This document shows positions 40,340 to 48,225 of a stretch of DNA of 64,000 nucleotides, one piece after another. The position numbers were made by a program, and so were the translations under genes. Source of the stretch: Leptolyngbyaceae cyanobacterium. GTDB lineage: Bacteria > Cyanobacteriota > Cyanobacteriia > Phormidesmidales > Phormidesmidaceae. Each line of letters starts with the position of its first letter. Position 1 is the stretch's first letter. The stretch spans positions 10,442-74,441 of the forward strand of contig CBDHHL010000029.1 of the NCBI GenBank assembly GCA_965263355.1. Direction: 5' to 3'. Below the pieces are notes generated by a model, which saw nothing but the letters and a program-made list of their open reading frames with translations, was not told the DNA's origin and searched no databases.

Positions 40340-41800
40340 CTAACGGTAAAATTGAACCTTTACCCGTTGTTGTGGCGAAAGTTGTTTCCCATGAACAACA
40401 ACCTGCTTGATTAGTGAGTCAAGAATTATCCTTAGCTCACTGGGGGCTAGTTCTTCCCAGAATTCAGGATCCGCAGCAACCGTTTCGTAAATGTCAACGT
40501 CGTTTGGATCTACGTCTTGCCCAGTGGCTTGCTCTAGTTTTGATAGTTGCTGCTGCTTAGCCTGGATCACTCCACTCAATTCCGGATCCGCCATTGCCTG
40601 CAGCTGCTGTATCTGGTTTCTGAGTTTTATTATTTCTGGGTTCACTTCAGTGTTCGGCTCAGCAAATTCTTGAGCAATGTCGAGTGCCCTAGCGCAAACC
40701 TGTGAGATCACTTCCTTGAAGAATTGATCCGTTTTAATTGAATTCTTATAAGGGCACTGCCTTTTCACTCGGCTGTTAATGGTTGATTCTGCTCCTCCAC
40801 GGCAAACCAGATATGAATACGTTTTTCCCTGCCTATGGACAGTACTATTATTGTGTCTGCCGCCGCATAAGCCACACTTAATTTTGCCAGCTAATGGCTT
40901 TCTGCTCCTGGGGAATCCATTGTTCATTGGATTAGGAGCAGAGGCAATATTTTCGACAGTTACTTGCACAGCTCGCCATCGGTCAGGATCCATAATCGCT
41001 TCATGGTCTCCCTTCCTGACTAGCTCATTAGGCTTGCCAGGGAAATCAACCAGATAACCACGAATCACGGGAGACTGGACCCATCGCATAAATCCCTTAG
41101 TACTGACAGGGAAGTTTTTAGCAACTCCCCATCTCTCAGGATGCTTTTCGCTATAACGACCGCACATTGCCCGAATAGTGGCCCGGTATCCTCCAAGCTC
41201 AATTAACGTATCGATCATTTCGATAGCGATTTCCCGATAAGTCTTTCCGTCAGAACCAGGGAAAATATCATCATTAATTACTAGCCGCTGATCGCTGTCC
41301 TTTTTATAGCCAAATGGCGGATTAACTATCCTGTTTTGACTACGCCTGAACGCATGCCCTTTTACACTGTGCTCCCGTGCTTGGTCTCGTTGATGCTGCG
41401 CAAATGTGGCATCCAGGTTAGCTTGCAGGTTCCCGGCTGCACTGGTCAGGTCGATAGGCTTGATCCCTTTGTCCAGCTCGATTAATTCGCAGTCATTTTC
41501 TAAAAGTGCATCCCTGATTTTTACCCACACTCCAATATCTCGATGCCCCCTGGAGTGATACGGGACTACAAAGTATTTCTTATTAGGATCTTTCAACCTG
41601 GCTAATGCTTTTTGTAAATCCTTGCGTTCGAATATGCCGCCGGATTCAGCATCAGAATAAATATCAGTAGGAGCAATGCCGACCGCTTCAAGACGCTCTA
41701 AATAACGCTCGGGACTATGGCCCTCTTGCTCCTGCCGTTGCGTCGAAACACGATAATACCCAATGGCCTGAGATGGGTCGAAACTACTGTTTGCGGTCAA
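40340..41800 (-). CDS. Large serine recombinase (integrase), XisF-like
   Basis: Catalytic YYRVST, D.ESG...R, SR, PFGY, HEAI, Zn ribbon CGLC...YLVC, coiled coil, LIKQVVV. Confidence 0.92.
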   Translation of the reverse strand: MTANSSFDPSQAIGYYRVSTQRQEQEGHSPERYLERLEAVGIAPTDIYSDAESGGIFERKDLQKALARLKDPNKKYFVVPYHSRGHRDIGVWVKIRDALLENDCELIELDKGIKPIDLTSAAGNLQANLDATFAQHQRDQAREHSVKGHAFRRSQNRIVNPPFGYKKDSDQRLVINDDIFPGSDGKTYREIAIEMIDTLIELGGYRATIRAMCGRYSEKHPERWGVAKNFPVSTKGFMRWVQSPVIRGYLVDFPGKPNELVRKGDHEAIMDPDRWRAVQVTVENIASAPNPMNNGFPRSRKPLAGKIKCGLCGGRHNNSTVHRQGKTYSYLVCRGGAESTINSRVKRQCPYKNSIKTDQFFKEVISQVCARALDIAQEFAEPNTEVNPEIIKLRNQIQQLQAMADPELSGVIQAKQQQLSKLEQATGQDVDPNDVDIYETVAADPEFWEELAPSELRIILDSLIKQVVVHGKQLSPQQRVKVQFYR

Positions 41801-41972
41801 CGTTAAACCTGCTTAACACACCACAAAGCATGATATCATCATTGTTGTACGCCAAGGGTTTAGCCCTGGCTTAGGAAATAATGCACAACTAAGACGGCAT
41901 AATGGTTAGACCTTTCTCACCATTCGTGAGTTAGTGAATGCAGCTGCTGGCAGCTGAAAATCGGCATCTACC

Positions 41973-42458
41973 TTATGGCTGGGCCGATTGCTCTATCCAG
42001 CTTGGGACGTAATCGGTTCTATCGCAGTTCATTCCGTATTCCTGAATCAAAGGCAGTAGAATCCTGTCGGCCACCCTTGATAGCTCCTCGCTCAGCAGAT
42101 CTTCAACCGGAATGTTTAGCTGTTGAGCTTTTCTGAGAGTAGCTGAGTCCACTGGGATCGTAATATTCGCTTTCAAAATTAGCCTCCAACCTCATAGTTG
42201 GGCTGCATCTTGCAGGACTTTCCAACTTGATTCTTCTACAACAAAAGTCTCGGTGCCGGGGGCACTACATAAAGCGTATCCTTTACGCTTCAACCCTTCT
42301 TCAGTATCCTCAAAAGACAAAGGATCTTCAGACCAAGGGAAGACTTCTGCAAAGTCTTCTCCCTTGTAACCCCAATAGCATCCGAGGTCGTCTTTTACGA
42401 TTCGGTCGAAAGTGTAATGATTGATTTGAGCAGACATAATTTTTAACTCCGTTCTCAC
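41973..42458 (-). other. Two small ORFs (41973-42176 RHH/CcdA-like; 42192-42458 acidic hypothetical)
   Basis: Downstream of the leftward promoter at 42472-42500; GGAG(G) RBSs. Confidence 0.45.
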
Positions 42459-42471
42459 TTAACTTGCCCTG

Positions 42472-42545
42472 ATTGTATACGTTACATTTTTGAGTGTCAA
42501 CACTTTTGTTGAGGACTTGACAAGTCATCTTTAAGCGCTTATCTT
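42472..42545. promoter_or_regulatory. Divergent sigma70 promoters
   Basis: - strand TTGACA(42500-42495)-17-TACAAT; + strand TTGACA(42517)-17-TATCTT. Confidence 0.65.
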
Positions 42546-42558
42546 TTGATAGCAATCA

Positions 42559-42861
42559 ATGATTTTATTGAGGCGCATGAGCGAAGAGATTACACCTCAA
42601 CAGCTGTTAGATGCAGTTGAGAACCCATACAAGCTATTAAGTAAGTGGGTTCTAATGCGTGGTGGCTGGACTGCTTTGTATAAGGTTTTTGGCTATGTTT
42701 CAGCACAAAGCTTTAATGAGGCTTTTAGTCGTAGGGCCACTAAAAACCGATGGACTGGGAAGGGGCTGAGAACTCATTTGTCCATACTGGTTCATCTAGA
42801 CAATAATAGTCCAGAATTAGTCCAAAAAAATAGCACTCTCAATGAAAATGTTGAGGAATAA
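42559..42861 (+). CDS. Small putative DNA-binding protein
   Basis: Follows the rightward promoter; HTH-like segment. Confidence 0.45.
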   Translation: MILLRRMSEEITPQQLLDAVENPYKLLSKWVLMRGGWTALYKVFGYVSAQSFNEAFSRRATKNRWTGKGLRTHLSILVHLDNNSPELVQKNSTLNENVEE

Positions 42862-42934
42862 GGGGTTTATTGGGCTGATTAGTTGCGGTTGCAGCAGCAA
42901 GTCAAAGATATGATTTTTCGGAAGTAAAAAAAGT

Positions 42935-42956
42935 ACTTTATCATTCCGTAATTCCT
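42935..42956. repeat. Left direct repeat of the CRISPR cassette (partner 45553-45574)
   Basis: ACTTTATCATTCCGTAATTCCT vs ACTTTATCACTCCGTAATTCCT, 21/22 identical. Confidence 0.85.
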
Positions 42957-44635
42957 CTTTTCTTGTGGTTCTTTGCGGCGTTAACATCTGCATTTTGCTT
43001 CTGTTCAAATAGGCTACAGCTCTCATTTACGCAAATAAACGTGTCTTGGGCTGGCCTGATGCCTTTCCCTCCGCAACAATGACAGCGTTGTGATGAGTAT
43101 CTAGCCTCCGTCTCTATGTATAATTTCCCGGCTTCCTCTAATTTAGATTTTGTTTTAGTTCTAAGGTCGCCCATACAGGCTATTTTCAATGATCTGTTCA
43201 ATCCTGCCTTAGCTGTTCTGCCGTTTTGCTCGTAATAACTTCCATCTTCAGCTAACTTAGGCGTTGTCTGCCTCCCCATGTTAGTTAACGCCGTAGCCTC
43301 CCAGGCGATGACATCATAAGTTCTGGCTAACCTGGTTGACAGCTTATGATTGAAAGCATTTGAACTATTAACAGCTCGCTCATGCAGCCTGGATATTTTA
43401 TTCCTAAGTTTTTGCTCGTTATTAGTGGCTTCACGCTTCCCACGCTTCCATATTTGTCCTAGCCGCTTATCATTTTTTTCAGTCATAATGTCAAGCTTGG
43501 ATTGCAGCTTTTCAATATGATTGTGTATTCGTTGTCTGCTTTCGTTAGGATTAAATAAATGACCTTCGTCAGTCGCTACAATTGCCTTAACGCCAGGGTC
43601 AATGCCCGCCATATGCCCGGTTCGTTTAGCGCATTTTGAGTCTTCTATTAGCAAGTATGGCAGCTCATTTTCTATTGACTTTTTCTTGGCTAATGCCGCT
43701 TGATAGTCTTCACTGTTAGCTAACGCCTTGGCTTGCTCCTTTTTCCCTTTAATGCCATCAATAACTTTTTTCTTGATAGCGATTAAAACTCTTTTTTGCC
43801 GTTTAAGCTCTAATCTATTTTCTTCTTCCGCTTCACTTTGAGTAGTTAAGCATAGATAGAAGCCACTCGGTTTTAATATCAGTTTGTAAGTCTTTATTAC
43901 ATAGCCTTCGAGTCTTTTTGAATAGCTACGATCGCACGGTTCTAAAACTAAGCCTTGACCGTCGAATTGCCCTTTTTTGAACGGGATGGCTTTTTGATTA
44001 TTGTTCAGCGTGCTAATTTTACACTGCTTGCCGTCCTTGTACTTTGGCTGCTTTCTAGCGGGCAGTTTCCCGTCTAAATAAGCCCTCCAGGCAACCTCAA
44101 AGTCAGCTAGTAGCCCCCCAACAAAATCGCTATTGCACGTTAATTCATCAAGACCCTGAGAACTTCGTGACGCATTTAGCAACGCCATATTGTCTAGTCC
44201 CCATGATTTCCCCTTTAGCTCACGTATTAATGGGACGCCTTCCTTGAAATAAGGGACTTCGATATATTTATGGGGTTCTGGCTTTATCCGCCTATATGGC
44301 TTATCCCCAGTCACTAACTCATAGCCAAGTTTTGTTTTGCCATCGCCATAGTGAATCAAAGGGGCTTTATCTGACTTCTTAAAATACGGACCTCCTTTAG
44401 CAATCTGACAAGCTGCGCCATTCCAACCGCCACTCTTTGAAAAGCGTAACGGCGTTCTAATGCAGCCTGATAAGTCGACGCCTTTCTTTTCTACCCAGGC
44501 ATACCACTCAAGGCAATGATTATGTAAGGCTACGGCCCGTACATAATTCCACAACCATTCAAGCTCTCTGCAAATTTTCTCGTATGTAATTAGTGTTTCA
44601 GGAGTCGGCTGGACTTTTACCTTGATCGTCTTCAT
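42941..44635 (-). CDS. TnpB/Cas12-family RNA-guided nuclease, CRISPR-associated (C2c8/type V-U-like), 564 aa
   Basis: N-terminal KVKVQPT...WLWN; RuvC-I GIDPG, RuvC-II IAWE, YSSQRCHCCG...C Zn finger, RuvC-III NADVNAAKN; larger than typical TnpB; no tnpA; adjacent array. Subtype is tentative. Confidence 0.88.
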   Translation of the reverse strand: MKTIKVKVQPTPETLITYEKICRELEWLWNYVRAVALHNHCLEWYAWVEKKGVDLSGCIRTPLRFSKSGGWNGAACQIAKGGPYFKKSDKAPLIHYGDGKTKLGYELVTGDKPYRRIKPEPHKYIEVPYFKEGVPLIRELKGKSWGLDNMALLNASRSSQGLDELTCNSDFVGGLLADFEVAWRAYLDGKLPARKQPKYKDGKQCKISTLNNNQKAIPFKKGQFDGQGLVLEPCDRSYSKRLEGYVIKTYKLILKPSGFYLCLTTQSEAEEENRLELKRQKRVLIAIKKKVIDGIKGKKEQAKALANSEDYQAALAKKKSIENELPYLLIEDSKCAKRTGHMAGIDPGVKAIVATDEGHLFNPNESRQRIHNHIEKLQSKLDIMTEKNDKRLGQIWKRGKREATNNEQKLRNKISRLHERAVNSSNAFNHKLSTRLARTYDVIAWEATALTNMGRQTTPKLAEDGSYYEQNGRTAKAGLNRSLKIACMGDLRTKTKSKLEEAGKLYIETEARYSSQRCHCCGGKGIRPAQDTFICVNESCSLFEQKQNADVNAAKNHKKRGITE

Positions 44636-44798
44636 TATTTTGTACGTCGTTTTGTGGCAGCTCTGGCAGCATATCAATAAAGCGTTCCAATAGGTCTGCT
44701 ATCGATATATCCCAAAGTCTACAATACTGCTCTAGCTTTTGTTTGCGACTTTGCTTGATGCGCGCGTAAATCCTGCCTTCTCTATTCTCTTTTCCCAT
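44598..44798 (-). CDS. Ribbon-helix-helix regulator upstream of the nuclease
   Basis: RIYARIKQSRKQKLEQYC...SIADLLERFIDML; overlaps the nuclease start. Confidence 0.75.
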   Translation of the reverse strand: MGKENREGRIYARIKQSRKQKLEQYCRLWDISIADLLERFIDMLPELPQNDVQNNEDDQGKSPADS

Positions 44799-44814
44799 TT
44801 ATATTAAAAAATAC

Positions 44815-44843
44815 TTGGCGTACAAAATATAACACGCTAATAT
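44815..44843 (+). promoter_or_regulatory. Candidate promoter for ncRNA/array
   Basis: TTGGCG-17-TAATAT in an AT-rich gap, just before the structured region. Confidence 0.55.
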
Positions 44844-44849
44844 AAGGAC

Positions 44850-45040
44850 ATCGCAGTTTGGGCGACAAGGCAGCGGAAACGTTGTTGGATGGCTTCAGCG
44901 CTAAGGTTCTCTAGGGGGCTATGGGTATCTTCTGTCGGGAAACCGATAAACACCAGCCGAAAGGCAAGATAGGAGCAAAAGGAGTCCGTAAGGCCCTTAT
45001 AGATTCGCCGGATCTATGGCGAACAGTCTCAACTTTTTTT
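44850..45040 (+). ncRNA. Putative tracrRNA/omegaRNA-like structured RNA
   Basis: Four GNRA-capped hairpins (44870-85, 44934-47, 44956-65, 44986-93), enclosing helix TATCTT/AAGATA, terminal TTCGCC/GGCGAA stem and T7 run at 45034-40. Confidence 0.7.
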
Positions 45041-45080
45041 GGCAAAGCTAAGCGAGGCCAAAAGAAGAACCTTGAAAAAC

Positions 45081-45099
45081 AGGGATTAAAGCTTTGGCA
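45081..45099 (+). other. 19-nt perfect anti-repeat in the leader
   Basis: AGGGATTAAAGCTTTGGCA is the reverse complement of repeat nt 3-21. Confidence 0.85.
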
Positions 45100-45171
45100 A
45101 AATTGCCATTTTATGAGCTTTGCCAGAATCGCTCATAAAAGCCTTGCGGCTAAAGGGATGCAGCTGTTTAA

Positions 45172-45554
45172 GCTGCCAAATCTTTTATCCCTACCAAGGG
45201 ACTGAAACCATGATGGGGCGATTCTGGATATTGATTCCCTACCGCTGCCAAAGCTTTAATCCCTACTAAGGGACTGAAACGCGGCAAAACCATTTGCTTT
45301 AGCTACGTCATCGCTGAGGCTGCCAAAGCTTTAATCCCTACTAAGGGACTGAAACAGCAGGTCAAAATCTGGAGAATTAGCAATCGCGATGGCTGCCAAG
45401 GCTTTGATCCCTACCAAGGGACTGAAACTAGCAATTGATAGCGATGAGTAAGGCATCACGGGCTGCCAAAGCTTTAATCCCTACCAAGGGGCTGAAACGA
45501 GTCAATCTCTTGGATCACAGCCAAGCTTTTCTTGCGCTGCCAAGGGACTGAAAC
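45172..45554 (+). CRISPR. CRISPR array: five 37-bp repeats plus one 19-bp internally deleted repeat; five spacers
   Basis: Consensus GCTGCCAAAGCTTTAATCCCTAC(C/T)AAGGGACTGAAAC at 45172, 45244, 45319, 45392, 45462; GCTGCCAAGGGACTGAAAC at 45536. Unique spacers of 35, 38, 36, 33, 37 nt. Orientation from the 3' GAAAC and the degenerate last repeat. Confidence 0.97.
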
Positions 45555-45558
45555 TTTA

Positions 45559-46431
45559 TCACTCCGTAATTCCTTTTAGCCCGAGTATAGTTACGACTGA
45601 CCCCACGATCAGCGTAGACCACTCGAATATGTTCTTAATAGTTTCGTGGTCCAGGTTCAGTGCGAACGCCGCGATTGCAGCCAATGATACGCCAAGTACA
45701 AGCATGCCAAGCTTGATTTTTTTCTCAGCCTTGCGACGGGCGAGTAGCTGGGATTCTTGCTGACGGTTTAACGCTCGCTCTTGCTCCAGCGTGCTACTAA
45801 GGTCTAATAGGACACTGCTTTGTTCATTGAGCTTTTGGCCAAACTCCTCACGCTCTTTGGAGTATTGGACTTGCATCCGGCCCATGGCTTCAGTGAGCTT
45901 TTCTAGCTGATGCTTGGCCTGTGTGGCTTCCTGTTCGTAGATCCTCCGCTCCATTTGGATAGCTTGGAATTGCTGCAGCGTTGGGGGGTCCGTATCATCT
46001 CCCGGCTCTTTTTCTGCAGGCCACTCAAGGATGCAATAGTATCGTGAGTTAATTAAATCATTTTGGAATTTAGGGAAAATAGTGATACTTCCTGCAAGGC
46101 CAGGACGGAGCTGCATGAATCCAGTCACAGGACGATGGCCAACCCATACTCGTTGTTTCGACGGCTTCCATTCGCCGTCGACTAAGTGGCCATCGTGAAC
46201 AAAATAATCCCAGCCCCTGGGACTTGCCTGGTTCTCTTCTGCTAACAAAGTGCATTGACGAGAGCTGATCCAATTTTGGCAGCGGGCACCGACACCAATC
46301 TGAATGTGGTTTTCTGCAGGTTCAGCTCTGCCAATCGTAATTGGCCCACGCCTGAGTCTTTCTAGTGAGATTTCGTGTTGCTGATCACTCCCGCCTATTT
46401 CGGTGATCAGCAGATACTCTTCGGCTTTCAT
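45559..46431 (-). CDS. FHA-like domain, coiled coil and two C-terminal TM helices
   Basis: ITIGR...WISSRQCTL...VHDG...S...WV (degenerate FHA motifs). Confidence 0.65.
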   Translation of the reverse strand: MKAEEYLLITEIGGSDQQHEISLERLRRGPITIGRAEPAENHIQIGVGARCQNWISSRQCTLLAEENQASPRGWDYFVHDGHLVDGEWKPSKQRVWVGHRPVTGFMQLRPGLAGSITIFPKFQNDLINSRYYCILEWPAEKEPGDDTDPPTLQQFQAIQMERRIYEQEATQAKHQLEKLTEAMGRMQVQYSKEREEFGQKLNEQSSVLLDLSSTLEQERALNRQQESQLLARRKAEKKIKLGMLVLGVSLAAIAAFALNLDHETIKNIFEWSTLIVGSVVTILGLKGITE

Positions 46432-46486
46432 ATTGGGCTATAAATACTCTCTTATAGGCTAACCTATAAAAGAATCTTTCTCCTCA

Positions 46487-47020
46487 GTGCTATCTATGGC
46501 CACTATCCCAGACAGTTCAGGGTTACCGACAAGCGGGACAGGCACTGGACGGAGACTTACTCGCGCTGATCTCCAGGCAATGATCGACAAATCGGTCACA
46601 AGCAGTATAGGCGAGGCGTTTCGACTCTCTGGGCAAGCTGACGAGCGGAATGCTGCTAGACTCCGAGACTTGGAAGCCAGGATGGAGACTTTAATAAAGA
46701 AAGTCTCTGACAGCAGCTCGACAATAGCAGAGATAAAGGCTGGCTACGACGAATACAGGGAATGGGGCAGCAAAGTGGCTGAGGCTGTAGCGGCCACTGG
46801 AGGAGATGCTAGAACGCTGCACAGGACTATGGAACGGGTTGATGGCCTTGTTGAGATTGCTCAGTTGTTATTGAGAGTGCTAGAGCCAACAAGCAGGGCG
46901 ATCAATTGGATGATCGACCGACTGCACCGGCTGGACAAAAGAACATACAGTCACAAAGACGGGGCGGATATCACTAACCTAGTGAATGGCCCCCGACGAA
47001 GATCGAGTGATCGCGGGTAG
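46487..47020 (+). CDS. Coiled-coil hypothetical protein
   Basis: Heptad-rich ORF divergent from the FHA gene. Confidence 0.5.
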   Translation: MLSMATIPDSSGLPTSGTGTGRRLTRADLQAMIDKSVTSSIGEAFRLSGQADERNAARLRDLEARMETLIKKVSDSSSTIAEIKAGYDEYREWGSKVAEAVAATGGDARTLHRTMERVDGLVEIAQLLLRVLEPTSRAINWMIDRLHRLDKRTYSHKDGADITNLVNGPRRRSSDRG

Positions 47021-48069
47021 TGGCGCAGGGCGACCGAATAGGTAACCCTGCGCCATGTCACAGCCGATTGCCTTAAGCATGTCGGCCTGTTGCTGGGTTT
47101 CCACGCCTTCAGCGATAACTTTGATGCTGAGTTTTTGCGATAGCGCCACAATTGCGTCAACCATTACTCTGGATTCGCGAGCAGGCAGGCCACTAATAAT
47201 AGATCTGTCGAGCTTTACCAGGTCAACTTGACCCTTCAGCAATCTATCGTAGCTGCAGTATCCGGTGCCGAAATCGTCCAGGGCGATCTTTACGCCTTTC
47301 CCCCTAGCTGACTGAATCCGGCTCTGAATCTCCTCAGAAACAGCCTCAGTCTCCAATATCTCCATATGCCCTCTAGCAGGCAGCTTTTGATCGTGCCAAT
47401 CTGCTCTAGCTAGAGTGAATGGGCTGATATTAAAGCTGATCCACTGGCCAATCTTGCTTGAATCTGCCTGGGTTCGCTCGATTACCCAGTAGCACAGCAA
47501 GTGTTCACTGTTTGCCTTTCTCAGTAAAGGCAAGAAATCCCTGGAAAGATTAATGCATTGTCTTTTGCCCATCTTGACAACGCCTCATAACCAACGGTCT
47601 CATCGGATCTTAGGTCAACTATCGGCTGATAATGCAGGGCAAATCCGTTGTGGTTAATTGCGTATTTTATTTCTGAAAGCCTTTGTGTTTCAACCTCTGT
47701 CAGCTCTTTGTCGCCAAGTTTGCTGACTTGGGAAAAGAAATAAAGAAATTCTCCAGACTCAGAATGGAATCCTTCACAGTGCAACGTGCAAGAGATCCAT
47801 TCTGCTGTTTGTCCATGCTTATAACGTTTTTTCAGTGTGAAAGATTTAAGTTCTCCATTGATTACGCTGCGGAATGGGTTGACCTGAGGCGTTAGATCGT
47901 CAGGATGACTGATTTCCTGAAACGTTAGGCGCAGCAACGTTTCTCGTTGATAACCCAGTATTTCACACAGAGTCTCATTTACATCCCAGAACTTTCCGTC
48001 TGGCCCAACAATAGCAGCCCCTATCAGGCTGTTCCGTTTAAGTAGCTCTGGGATTCTATGCATCATCAA
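46979..48069 (-). pseudogene. PAS-EAL c-di-GMP phosphodiesterase, split by a 1-nt frameshift
   Basis: PAS (VNETLCEILGY...ISHPDD), YQPIVDL..GYEAL.RW, then in another frame DFLP...FNISP, MEILE, LDDFGTGY, VKLDRS, IAEGVET, QGYLFGRP. One extra G at 47539-41 restores ..FPGDFLP. Confidence 0.88.
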
Positions 48070-48091
48070 AAATACCTAATCCTGCTTCCGC
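48062..48091. repeat. Direct repeat flanking the methyltransferase (partner 49405-49434)
   Basis: ATCATCAAAAATA(C/T)CTAATCCTGCTTCCGC, 29/30 identical. Confidence 0.9.
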
Positions 48092-48225
48092 ATTTTGGCT
48101 GCTAGTTAAATTTTAAGCTTGGTTACGCTTTCTGCCCTCGTCGTTATTGGTTTGACGTGGTTGATAGATTATTTAGATATTGTCGATGTGGTCAAGACAC
48201 TAATCCCCTGATTGATGATTGAGGC

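Noticed and set aside
42941..44798. Ordinary IS200/IS605 or IS607 element
   Set aside because: No Y1 or small serine transposase, the protein is oversized, and it is linked to an array. Not fully excluded without phylogeny.
44850..45040. c-di-GMP riboswitch or group I intron
   Set aside because: GNRA loops are present, but I could not find the GEMM or group I core consensus; context favours a guide scaffold.
44921..45205. 94-aa ORF in the track
   Set aside because: Overlaps the structured RNA, leader and first repeat, and has no protein features.
45209..45535. Self-targeting by the five regular spacers
   Set aside because: Only ~11-nt matches seen by eye (near 61528 and 63851), which is chance level.
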